Origin: Reyranella sp.
Lineage (GTDB): Bacteria > Pseudomonadota > Alphaproteobacteria > Reyranellales > Reyranellaceae
DNA length: 24,000 bases
Direction: 5' to 3'
NCBI RefSeq assembly: GCF_965279465.1
Contig: NZ_OZ257242.1
Coordinates: 1,757,422 to 1,781,421 of the forward strand
In this document: positions 16,939-23,995 of the stretch, piece by piece
Layout of the letters: each line of letters opens with the position of its first letter
How positions within the stretch are numbered: the stretch's first letter is position 1
Notes under the pieces: generated by a model
Told to the model about the DNA's origin: nothing
The model's input: only the letters and a program-made list of their open reading frames with translations
The model's database searches: none
Position numbers and translations under genes: made by a program

Positions 16939-17092
16939 GCCGCACCCCTGAAAGCTTACGAAAGACTTACGTCTGATGCTTTTGTCGCATCGCTGTATAT
17001 GCGTTGCAGGGCGCTGTTTCTTCTTTTTTTTGCGAGAGGGAAGGGCCAAGATAAATCATCGAATTGCGTTCATTCGCCTGAGGATCAGAAAA

Positions 17093-17713
17093 ATGGAAAT
17101 GGAACTGTCGGGAACGCAGCCGCAACTGCAACATGCCGGCCGCGGCGATCGTGTTGCCCGCACGCGCGAGGCGATCGTTTCCTCAACCCTGACGCTTGCG
17201 ATGGAGGGCGAGGTTGCGCCGATCGTGCGCGACATCGCCAAGCTGGCGGGGGTGTCGGCGCGCACCGTGTTTCAGCACTTCGCCGACACCGCCGAGCTCT
17301 ATGTCGCCGTGCTGGGCCGTGTGCTCACGAACCTGCGCGGGGCCGAGGCACAGCCGGCTTCGGCGGACAGCGAGCTCGAAGAGCGCATCTCGGAGGTGAT
17401 CGGCCAGCGCGCCGGCAACTACGAGAAGCTGTTGCCGATGTGGACCTTCGTCGAGACCCTGCAACGCCGCTCGTCGGAAGCGGGCGAGCAGGTCACGCAG
17501 ATGTACACCGACAACCGCGAGCAGCTCGCCGAATGCTTCGGCCAGGAGCTGACGACGCTGCCCGGCGAGAATCGAGAGCGCACCCTGAACGCACTCGCGA
17601 TGGCGCTGACGCCCGAGAGCTGGATCGTGCTGCGCGAGCGGCTCGGCCTCACGGTCGAGCAGGCCCGCGAGGAATGGCGCTTCATCGTCAAGGCGATCTT
17701 CAACGGCAAGTGA
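17093..17713 (+). CDS. TetR-family transcriptional regulator
   Basis: The N-terminal HTH reads ...IVRDIAKLAGVSARTVFQHFADTAELY. The ATG at 17093 is preceded by GAGGA. The gene is divergent from the PLP-enzyme gene. Confidence 0.85.
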   Translation: MEMELSGTQPQLQHAGRGDRVARTREAIVSSTLTLAMEGEVAPIVRDIAKLAGVSARTVFQHFADTAELYVAVLGRVLTNLRGAEAQPASADSELEERISEVIGQRAGNYEKLLPMWTFVETLQRRSSEAGEQVTQMYTDNREQLAECFGQELTTLPGENRERTLNALAMALTPESWIVLRERLGLTVEQAREEWRFIVKAIFNGK

Positions 17714-17717
17714 TCTT

Positions 17718-17785
17718 TCATAGGAGCGCGCCACTCCAGTGGCGCTCGGATTTGTGAACGCCACTGGAGTGGCGCGCTCCTATGA
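17718..17785. repeat. Inverted pair of subfamily-1 palindromic repeat units
   Basis: Positions 17718-17744 (tcataggagcgcgccactccagtggcg) are the exact reverse complement of 17759-17785, with a 14-nt spacer ctcggatttgtgaa. Each arm also contains its own 8-bp hairpin gcgccact/agtggcgc. The pair lies between the convergent TetR and ChaC-like genes. Confidence 0.85.
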
Positions 17786-18334
17786 GATGGCTCTTCTCGC
17801 CAGCTCTTCCAGGCCGTTATCGCGCAGGCCGAGCTCGCGCAGATGCGCGAGCGTATTGCGCACGTATTCGATGTTCGTGCCGGTTGCGCCGGTTCCTTGG
17901 CGCACGTGTTCCAGGGCCTTGGCGAGCGGCAGCTTGCCGGCGAACTGGCGATGGGCTCGGTCGGCGAGATAGACCAGCGACAGCACGGTGCGGCCGTCGG
18001 CGAGATGGATCGGCCGGGTCTCCTCGACATAGACGCCGTCATTCTCGATCTCGCGCGTCCAGAGATAGCGACGCACGGCGTCGTAGTCCTTTGCCGGCAG
18101 CTGGTGGGCAAGGCCACGGCATGAGCCGCCGGCCAGCAGGCCGAGGATGAGCCCAGGCTTCTGCGGCGTGCCGCGATAGTGCTCGGAGTAGATGCAGAAG
18201 GCGCGATGAAAGCCGTGCAGGCGCGCGGGCTGCGTCTCGCGCACCGCGAAGCCCGGATTCCACATCAGCGAGCCGTAGGCGAAGACCCAAAGGGGAGGTT
18301 CATTGGCGCCAGCTTTAGTCGTTTTAGTGGCCAT
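17780..18334 (-). CDS. chaC: ChaC-like gamma-glutamylcyclotransferase
   Basis: The ChaC family pattern is present: LWVFAYGSLMWNPGF...LHGFHRAFCIYSEHYRGTPQKPGLILGLLAGGSCRG...YLWTREIE. The TAG stop (17780-17782) lies inside the repeat arm. Confidence 0.85.
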   Translation of the reverse strand: MATKTTKAGANEPPLWVFAYGSLMWNPGFAVRETQPARLHGFHRAFCIYSEHYRGTPQKPGLILGLLAGGSCRGLAHQLPAKDYDAVRRYLWTREIENDGVYVEETRPIHLADGRTVLSLVYLADRAHRQFAGKLPLAKALEHVRQGTGATGTNIEYVRNTLAHLRELGLRDNGLEELARRAIS

Positions 18335-18342
18335 GATCGGGG

Positions 18343-18422
18343 TGCTGGGAGCGCGGCTCTCCAGAGCCGCTCATGGAATGTGGCAATCTGAAGAGCGGCT
18401 CTGGAGAGCCGCGCTCCCAGCA
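18343..18422. repeat. Inverted pair of subfamily-2 palindromic repeat units (GGAGCGCGGCTCT-CC-AGAGCCGC type)
   Basis: Positions 18343-18372 are the exact reverse complement of 18393-18422 (30-nt arms), with a 20-nt spacer atggaatgtggcaatctgaa. Each arm holds an internal hairpin gcggctct/agagccgc. The pair begins 9 nt upstream of the ChaC-like start codon. Confidence 0.85.
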
Positions 18423-18434
18423 GACCAAAGGTGG

Positions 18435-18461
18435 CGCCACTGAAGTGGCGCGCTCGCATGA
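18435..18461. repeat. Single, slightly diverged unit of repeat subfamily 1
   Basis: The sequence cgccactgaagtggcgcgctcgcatga matches the arm at 17759-17785 at 24 of 27 positions. It sits 6 nt downstream of the tyrC stop codon. Confidence 0.65.
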
Positions 18462-18466
18462 GGCAC

Positions 18467-19351
18467 TCACGCCTGATGGAGGTGGATCAGTGCGCGGCGG
18501 ATCTCGCGGGTGCGGGTGAAGAGGTCGAACAGCTTGTCGCCCTCGCCCCAGCGGATGGCGCGCTGCAAGTAGAAGAGGTCTTCCTGGAAACGCTGCAGCA
18601 CCTCGAGCACCGCTTCCCTGTTGTTCATGAACACGTCGCGCCACATCGTCGGATCGGACGCGGCGATTCGCGTGAAGTCGCGGAAGCCGCCGGCCGCGTA
18701 CTTCAGCACCTCGCTGTTGAGATGCCCGCCGAGATCGTCCGCCGTTCCCACGATCGTGTAGGCGATCAGGTGCGGCAGGTGCGAGGTGATGGCGAGGATG
18801 CGGTCGTGGTTCGCCGGGTCGAGCCGGTTGACCTCGCTGCCCAGCGCCTTCCAGAACGCCTCGAGCTTGTCGACTGCAGCAGCGTCGCTGTCGGGCAGCG
18901 GCGTCAGGATGCAGTAGCGCCCCTGGAACAAATCGAGCAGAGCCGCCTCGGGGCCGGAATTCTCCGTGCCGGCAACCGGATGGGCCGGCACGAAATTCAC
19001 CCCGGCCGGAATGTGCGGCGCCATGTCGGCGATCACGGTCTGCTTCACCGAGCCGACATCAGACACGATGCAGCCGGGCTTGAGCGCCGGCGCGATCGTC
19101 TTCGTCGCCGGGCCGCAGGCGCCGACCGGCGTGCAGACGATCACCAGGTCGGCGTCTTTCGCCGCGGCGGCAAGATCGGTGCCGCAGTGGTCGACCAGCT
19201 TCAGCCGGTTGGCGGTGGCCGCCGTCTCTGCGCTGCGCGTCGCCGCGACGATCGACTTCGCCAGCCCGCGCTTGCGTGCTTCCAGTGCGATCGAGCCGCC
19301 GATCAGGCCGATGCCGATCAGGGCGATTTTCTCGAACATCGGCTGGGTCAC
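18467..19351 (-). CDS. tyrC: Prephenate/arogenate (cyclohexadienyl) dehydrogenase
   Basis: The Rossmann motif IALIGIGLIGGSIA is followed by the prephenate-dehydrogenase core (PAHPVAGTENSGPEAA...LF; SHLPHLIAY..., AAGGFRDFTRIAASDPTMWRD). The GTG at 19351 overlaps the hisC stop as GTGA; an alternative ATG lies at 19339. Confidence 0.88.
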   Translation of the reverse strand: MTQPMFEKIALIGIGLIGGSIALEARKRGLAKSIVAATRSAETAATANRLKLVDHCGTDLAAAAKDADLVIVCTPVGACGPATKTIAPALKPGCIVSDVGSVKQTVIADMAPHIPAGVNFVPAHPVAGTENSGPEAALLDLFQGRYCILTPLPDSDAAAVDKLEAFWKALGSEVNRLDPANHDRILAITSHLPHLIAYTIVGTADDLGGHLNSEVLKYAAGGFRDFTRIAASDPTMWRDVFMNNREAVLEVLQRFQEDLFYLQRAIRWGEGDKLFDLFTRTREIRRALIHLHQA

Positions 19352-20439
19352 TTGTGGTTGGAGACGAAGCGCCGCAGCGAGTCGCGCACCGCCTTCACTT
19401 CGGCCTCGGTGCCGATGGTGATGCGCAGGTGCTCGGGCATGCCGTAGCCGGCGATCATGCGCGGGATCAGGCCATCACTCATCAGCCAGTCGTTGGCGGC
19501 GGCGGCGCGCTCCTTCGAGCCGAAGCTGATCGTCAGGAAGTTGCCGACGCTGGGCAGCGGCTTGAGCCCGAGCCTGCTCACCTCGGCCGACAGCCAGGGC
19601 AGCCAGATGTCGTTGTTGGTGCGGCTCGCATCGGTGTGGGCGATGTCTTCGAGCGCCGCGATACCCGCCATCTGCGCCGCAAGGTTGACGTTGAACGGCT
19701 GGCGCAGTCGGCTGATCACATCGACGACGCCGGCCGGGCCGTACATCCAGCCGAGCCGCAATCCGCCCATGCCGTAGATCTTCGAGAAGGTGCGGGTCAT
19801 CACCACGTTCTCGGCCTGGTCGACCAGCTCGACGCCCGATTCGTAGTCGTTCCGGCTGACATACTCGGCATAGGCCGCGTCGATCACCAGCAGCACGTCC
19901 TTCGGCAGGCCGGCCTGCAGGCGGCGCACCTCGTCCTTGGTGACGTACGAGCCGGTCGGATTGTTGGGGTTGGCCAGGCACACGACGCGCGTCTTGTTCG
20001 TGACCTTGGCCAGCATCGCATCGACATCGGCTCGGTAGTCGTTCTCCGGCGCCGCAACCGGCGTGGCGCCGACGCCGAGCGCGTTGATCGGATACATAAG
20101 GAAGCCGAACTGGCTGTAGAGCAGCTCGTCGCCCGGCCCGCAGTAGGCACGCACCAGCAGGTTCAGGATCTCGTCGGAGCCCGAGCCGCAAATGATGCGC
20201 GCCGCATCGAGGCCGTAATGCCGGCCGATCGCGTTGCGCAGCTTCTCCGACGCGCCATCGGGATAGCGGTGCAGTTCGGCCGCTGCCTTGGCATAGGCCG
20301 CCATCGCCTTGGGTGACGGACCGAGCGCGCCCTCGTTGGACGACAGCTTGGCGATCGTTTCCTTGCCGTCGACCGAGTCCTTGCCCGGAACGTAGGGCGC
20401 GATCTTCATGATGCCGGGACGCGGGGTAAGCGCGGTCAT
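19348..20439 (-). CDS. hisC: Histidinol-phosphate / aromatic aminotransferase (class II PLP aminotransferase)
   Basis: The sequence reads IAPYVPGK...KLSSNEGALGPSP, NPNNPTGSY, IDAAYAEY and TFSKIYGMGGLRLGW (PLP-lysine motif). The protein is 363 aa. Confidence 0.9.
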   Translation of the reverse strand: MTALTPRPGIMKIAPYVPGKDSVDGKETIAKLSSNEGALGPSPKAMAAYAKAAAELHRYPDGASEKLRNAIGRHYGLDAARIICGSGSDEILNLLVRAYCGPGDELLYSQFGFLMYPINALGVGATPVAAPENDYRADVDAMLAKVTNKTRVVCLANPNNPTGSYVTKDEVRRLQAGLPKDVLLVIDAAYAEYVSRNDYESGVELVDQAENVVMTRTFSKIYGMGGLRLGWMYGPAGVVDVISRLRQPFNVNLAAQMAGIAALEDIAHTDASRTNNDIWLPWLSAEVSRLGLKPLPSVGNFLTISFGSKERAAAANDWLMSDGLIPRMIAGYGMPEHLRITIGTEAEVKAVRDSLRRFVSNHK

Positions 20440-20463
20440 GGCCAGTCTCCTGTTGAAAGCCGA

Positions 20464-21315
20464 TCAGGTCCGCGCGGTCGCGGGAACGGCATAGGCACCG
20501 AGTGCGGCCACGCTGCCGCGGTTCAGCCCCAGGGCCGTCTCGAGCGCACGCAGGCGCGGATCGGTGTCGCCGATCACGTCCGGCAGCTCGAGCAGATAGT
20601 GATGCACGCCGGCCACGACCTGGTCCATAGCCGAAGAGAAGGCGGGTAGCCCGACCTTGGTCAGGGCGCCGGCGATGCGGTTGCGGCTGATGCCTTCCTG
20701 CACCTCGACCGAGATCAGCGCGCGGTCCTCGCCGCTTTCCTCCGGCTCGATGCGGGCCAGCACCAGCGCGGAGAGTCCGCGGGCGCGGGCATTGGGCATC
20801 ACCAGGAAGGGCAGGCGGGCCACGACGTTGGGCAGGGTCGGCTCGCCGCTGGCGAGCAGTGGCCACCACGGGGCGGTATCGGTCTCGATCGGCGACGGCA
20901 CGACGCCGATGGTGGTCGGATGGGCGCGCACCTCGGCCAGCACCTGCATCGGCGATTCGTAGCCGAGCAGCGGCACCTGGCAGCCGAAATGGTCGCGCGC
21001 GAGATCCCAGTAGCCCGGCTGGTCGGCCGGCCGGCAGACGGCGATCTTGAGGCCCGGAGTCTGCATCAGCGAGAACGCGCTCATCATCTCGCGCCACATG
21101 CGATAGACGGCGGCGGCCGGGAAGGCGCCGTCGTGTGCGGCGAGGCGCTGGCGCATCACCGTAGCCTCGCGGCCCGGCCGCAGCGCGAGTCCGCCCGGCG
21201 GCTTCGAGGCCGTGATCTCGCCGACCAGCGATGCGCGACGGCGGATCAGGCCATGCAGGTCGCCATCGATGGCGTCGATTTCCTGCCGCAACGCATTCAG
21301 CTTGGGTGCATCCAT
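20464..21315 (-). CDS. Chorismate mutase family protein (N-terminal CM domain plus a C-terminal domain of about 190 aa)
   Basis: The N-terminus, LNALRQEIDAIDGDLHGLIRRRASLVGEI, is a typical AroQ-class chorismate mutase helix. The gene lies in an operon-like arrangement with hisC and tyrC. Confidence 0.8.
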   Translation of the reverse strand: MDAPKLNALRQEIDAIDGDLHGLIRRRASLVGEITASKPPGGLALRPGREATVMRQRLAAHDGAFPAAAVYRMWREMMSAFSLMQTPGLKIAVCRPADQPGYWDLARDHFGCQVPLLGYESPMQVLAEVRAHPTTIGVVPSPIETDTAPWWPLLASGEPTLPNVVARLPFLVMPNARARGLSALVLARIEPEESGEDRALISVEVQEGISRNRIAGALTKVGLPAFSSAMDQVVAGVHHYLLELPDVIGDTDPRLRALETALGLNRGSVAALGAYAVPATART

Positions 21316-21379
21316 GGAGCTGCGGCGATACTACGTCCGGCTGCCTCGCGTAAAGGCAAACAAGCGCGCCAAAGCGGCG

Positions 21380-21408
21380 CTTGCGTGCGCCCGCCAACGA
21401 CCCTATAG
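21380..21408 (+). promoter_or_regulatory. Candidate housekeeping-sigma promoter for the metX leader
   Basis: The elements are CTTGCG (21380-21385), N17, CTATAG (21403-21408). This compares with the alphaproteobacterial consensus CTTGAC-N17-CTATAT and predicts a transcription start near 21416. Confidence 0.5.
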
Positions 21409-21415
21409 AGAGGCC

Positions 21416-21472
21416 CCGTGGAATTTGAGCCGACCGGCTTGCGGCCACGTTAATCCTCGCTAAAAGGTCGGA
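21416..21472 (+). promoter_or_regulatory. Structured 5' leader of metX; candidate SAM-responsive riboswitch aptamer (SAM-II-like)
   Basis: The RNA would read CGUGGAAUUUGAGCCGACCGGCUUGCGGCCACGUUAAUCCUCGCUAAAAGGUCGGAG. Possible helices are CGUG/CACG and GCCG/CGGC, with a U-run, a ...CACGUU...CGCUAAAAGG 3' tail, and CCGACC (21430-21435) complementary to GGUCGG (21466-21471). Location upstream of metX in an alphaproteobacterium is where SAM-II elements are known. I did not verify this with a covariance model. Confidence 0.4.
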
Positions 21473-21479
21473 GTGCTTG

Positions 21480-21513
21480 AAAAAGCCCCCGCCCTTCCGG
21501 TCGGGGGCTTTTT
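21480..21513 (+). terminator. Intrinsic terminator (attenuator) inside the metX leader
   Basis: The sequence is AAAAAGCCCCCG cccttccggt CGGGGGCTTTTT. It forms a 7-bp G/C stem flanked by an A-run and a T5 run. It ends 5 nt before the GGAG Shine-Dalgarno of metX. Confidence 0.7.
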
Positions 21514-21526
21514 CGTTGGAGCGGCC

Positions 21527-22714
21527 GTGGAGCAGCAGGTTGGGGCGCAGCAGGTGCTCGAGGATCTGACCGAAGCCGAACGCAAGGCGCTCGCCCAATG
21601 CCGCCACGCGGTCCTGGGCGTCGAGCGGCCGTTGCGCCTGGACTGCGGCGTCGAGCTGGGGCCGTACCGCATTGCCTACCAGACCTACGGCATGCTGAAT
21701 GCCGACAAGTCGAATGCCGTGCTGATCTGCCATCCGCTCACGTGCGACCAGTTTGTTGCCGAGAGCCATCCGGTGACAGGCAAGGAAGGCTGGTGGGACA
21801 GCCTGGTCGGCCCCGGCAAGGTGCTCGACCCGGCGCGCTTCTTCATCATCTGCATCAACGTGCTCGGCCACTGCATGGGCACGACCGGGCCGTCGGCGCG
21901 CGACCCGGGGAGCAACCAGCCGTGGAACCTGCGCTTTCCGGTCGTGACCATCGCCGACATGGTCCGCGCGCAGGCGGCCCTGCTCGATCACCTGCGCATC
22001 CCCGACCTGTTCTGCGTGATCGGCGGCTCGATGGGCGGCATGCAGGTGCTCGAATGGGCCGCGAGCTATCCCAAGCGTGTCTTCTCGGCCGTGCCGATTG
22101 CCTGCGCCGCGCACCATTCGGCGCAGAACATCGCGTTCCACGAGGTCGGCCGCCAGGCGATCATGGCCGATCCCGACTGGAATGGCGGCGACTACCGCCT
22201 GCACGCGACCAATCCCGCGCGCGGCCTCGCCGTGGCGCGCATGACCGCGCATATCACCTACCTCTCGGAGCAGGCGTTGCAGCGCAAGTTCGGCCGCACT
22301 CTGCAGAACCGCGACGCGCTGGGCTTCGGCTTCGACGCTGACTTCCAGGTCGAGAGCTATCTCCGCCACCAGGGCTCGACCTTCGTCGATCGTTTCGATG
22401 CCAACAGCTATCTCTACATCACGAGAGCGATGGACTATTTCGACCTTGCGGGCGCGCATGGCGGCGTTCTGGCCAACGCCTTCAAGGGCTCGACGACCCG
22501 CTTCTGCCTGATGTCCTTCACCAGCGACTGGCTGTTCCCGACCCACGAGAGCCGCGACATCGTGCACGCGCTGAACGCGGCGGCGGCCAACGTCTCCTTT
22601 GTCGAGGTCGACAGTGACAAGGGCCACGACGCCTTCCTGCTCGACGAGCCGGAGATGTTCCGCACGCTGTCGGGCTTTCTCAAAGGCGCCGCCTCGGCGC
22701 GGGGTCTCAAATGA
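21527..22714 (+). CDS. metX: Homoserine O-acetyltransferase
   Basis: The sequence reads ...[40 protein letters not shown]... and [14 protein letters not shown] (nucleophile Ser). I chose the GTG at 21527, with GGAG at 21518-21521, because the track start (GTG at 21473) would translate through the terminator hairpin. Confidence 0.88.
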   Translation: MEQQVGAQQVLEDLTEAERKALAQCRHAVLGVERPLRLDCGVELGPYRIAYQTYGMLNADKSNAVLICHPLTCDQFVAESHPVTGKEGWWDSLVGPGKVLDPARFFIICINVLGHCMGTTGPSARDPGSNQPWNLRFPVVTIADMVRAQAALLDHLRIPDLFCVIGGSMGGMQVLEWAASYPKRVFSAVPIACAAHHSAQNIAFHEVGRQAIMADPDWNGGDYRLHATNPARGLAVARMTAHITYLSEQALQRKFGRTLQNRDALGFGFDADFQVESYLRHQGSTFVDRFDANSYLYITRAMDYFDLAGAHGGVLANAFKGSTTRFCLMSFTSDWLFPTHESRDIVHALNAAAANVSFVEVDSDKGHDAFLLDEPEMFRTLSGFLKGAASARGLK

Positions 22715-23322
22715 GCGTCGTCGCCCCGATCCGCGTCGACCTGCAGCTGATCGCCGACATGGTGCAGCCGGGCGGCCGAGCGCTCGACGTCGGCTGCGGC
22801 GACGGTTCGCTGCTCGCCTACCTGACGGACTTCAAGCGCGTCGATGCACGCGGCATGGAGCTCAGCCAGGCCGGCGTGAATGCCTGCGTCGCCAACGGCC
22901 TGTCGGTGATCCAGGGCGACGCCGACACCGACCTGCACGCCTATCCCGACGATGCTTTCGACTACGTGATCCTGAGCCAGACCCTGCAGGCGACGCGCGA
23001 GCCGCGCGAGGTGCTGAAGCAGATGCTGCGCATCGGCAAGCGCGCGATCGTCTCGTTCCCCAACTTCGCGCATTGGCAGGTCCGCCTGCGCCTGGTGTTC
23101 GGCGGCCGCATGCCCGAGACCGCATCTCTGCCCTACAAGTGGTACGATACGCCCAACATCCATCTCTGCAGCATCGACGACTTCCGCGCGCTGTGCCGCG
23201 ACATGGGCGTGCGGATCGAGCGCGCGATCGTGCTCAACCGCAACAGCCGCCCGATCAACCTGCCGCCGCTGCTCGGAAACCTGTTCGGCGAGCAGGCGGT
23301 CTTCATGTTGAGAAGGGATTGA
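22711..23322 (+). CDS. metW: Methionine biosynthesis protein MetW
   Basis: The sequence reads [31 protein letters not shown]...GMELS...GDAD..., which is the MetW/methyltransferase-like fold. The ATG overlaps the metX stop as ATGA (22711-22714). Confidence 0.9.
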   Translation: MSVVAPIRVDLQLIADMVQPGGRALDVGCGDGSLLAYLTDFKRVDARGMELSQAGVNACVANGLSVIQGDADTDLHAYPDDAFDYVILSQTLQATREPREVLKQMLRIGKRAIVSFPNFAHWQVRLRLVFGGRMPETASLPYKWYDTPNIHLCSIDDFRALCRDMGVRIERAIVLNRNSRPINLPPLLGNLFGEQAVFMLRRD

Positions 23323-23730
23323 TCAACCGCCAACCCGCGTGAGGTAGGCGGTAGGCGTAATGATCTCGACGTCTTCGAAGGGATGAAGCGCGAGCAGGTC
23401 GGCATCGCCGGTTACGATTAGTTCGGCTCCCCCGTTGACCGCAACATCGAGGAATTTGTCGTCCGCCGGATCCCGGCACGCGCGGATCAATCTATCGATC
23501 TCCACCATCCGCGACGCCATGTGGACGAAGACAACGAATTCGCGTCGCGCCGCAAGGCTCACATATCGGTCGAATTTCGATCGTTCCAACGTTCTGGCGA
23601 GTTCGGACAGTGTCGCAGTCGATACCAGAATTGTGTCAGCCCGGACGGCATGCCTAACGGCACGAGAAGGGATCGATACCGCTTGGAGCGCCGCACTGAT
23701 CAGGACGTTGGTGTCGAAGACAAGAGCCAC
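23323..23730 (-). CDS. PIN-domain toxin of a type II toxin-antitoxin pair
   Basis: The sequence reads ALVFDTNVLISAAL..., ...DDKFLDVAV... and IVTGDADLLAL, placing acidic residues where a PIN domain needs them. The start is GTG at 23730, 1 nt after the antitoxin stop. Confidence 0.8.
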   Translation of the reverse strand: MALVFDTNVLISAALQAVSIPSRAVRHAVRADTILVSTATLSELARTLERSKFDRYVSLAARREFVVFVHMASRMVEIDRLIRACRDPADDKFLDVAVNGGAELIVTGDADLLALHPFEDVEIITPTAYLTRVGG

Positions 23731-23731
23731 G

Positions 23732-23995
23732 TCAGTCGGACTGCTTCAACAGCTCCGCGAGCTTTTCCTCGGTCAGCCCATTGGCGGCAGCTTCCGCGGC
23801 AAGCTTGTCCATCGCCTTGAGCAGGCCGTCGACCCGCCATTGGCGGAATAGCGCATATTCGCGGGATGACACGATCGTGACCACATCCTTGCCGTCGTCA
23901 CGCAGCACCACGCCCTCGCGCTTCGCTGCTTCCAGCATGCGGTCGAACGAGGCCTTTGCTTCCCTGACGGTCATGGAGCGCATAATGGCCAGCAT
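23732..23995 (-). CDS. Phd/YefM-like antitoxin
   Basis: The protein is small (80-87 aa). The stretch MTVREAKASFDRMLEAAKREGVVLRDDGKDVVTIVSSREY is typical of the prevent-host-death family N-terminal domain. It lies immediately upstream of the PIN gene. The start is ambiguous (ATG at 23995, 23983 or 23974), and the upstream region is cut by the window edge. Confidence 0.7.
   Translation of the reverse strand: MLAIMRSMTVREAKASFDRMLEAAKREGVVLRDDGKDVVTIVSSREYALFRQWRVDGLLKAMDKLAAEAAANGLTEEKLAELLKQSD

Noticed and set aside
16939-17049. The N-terminal extension MALPSRKKKKKQRP... of the PLP enzyme, and the 245-aa version of the TetR ORF starting at 16976
   Set aside because: Both extensions read through the A/T homopolymer and the dyad-rich divergent promoter region. 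Internal ATGs with Shine-Dalgarno-like sequences (16938 and 17093) give proteins of normal family length.
15635-17757. ORFs of 317 aa (minus strand, 15635-16588) and 546 aa (plus strand, 16117-17757) overlapping the PLP-enzyme and TetR genes
   Set aside because: These are shadow frames. The 546-aa ORF would also run through the divergent promoter region and the TetR gene out of frame.
15758-18461. The possibility that the recurring palindromes form a CRISPR array
   Set aside because: The units occur in both orientations as inverted pairs, with irregular spacing (about 2 kb, 0.6 kb and 12 nt). There are no uniform spacers and no cas genes. They behave like REP/BIME-type elements.
18431-19447. 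A 338-aa plus-strand ORF beginning MAPLKWRARMRHS
   Set aside because: It starts inside a repeat unit and is antisense to the well-supported tyrC gene. This is a shadow ORF.
21473-21526. The GTG at 21473 as the metX start (the 413-aa version in the ORF track)
   Set aside because: That start would sit directly after GGA with no spacer, and the first 14 codons would be the terminator hairpin (AAAAAGCCCCCG...CGGGGGCTTTTT). The GTG at 21527 has a properly spaced GGAG and still precedes the conserved PLRLDCG N-terminal block.
19475-22627. A 1050-aa ORF on the minus strand spanning hisC, the chorismate mutase gene, the intergenic region and metX
   Set aside because: Its translation is low-complexity and rich in R/A/G/P. 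It runs out of frame or antisense through four genes that have clear family signatures, and it crosses a promoter/terminator region. This is a typical shadow ORF of high-GC DNA.
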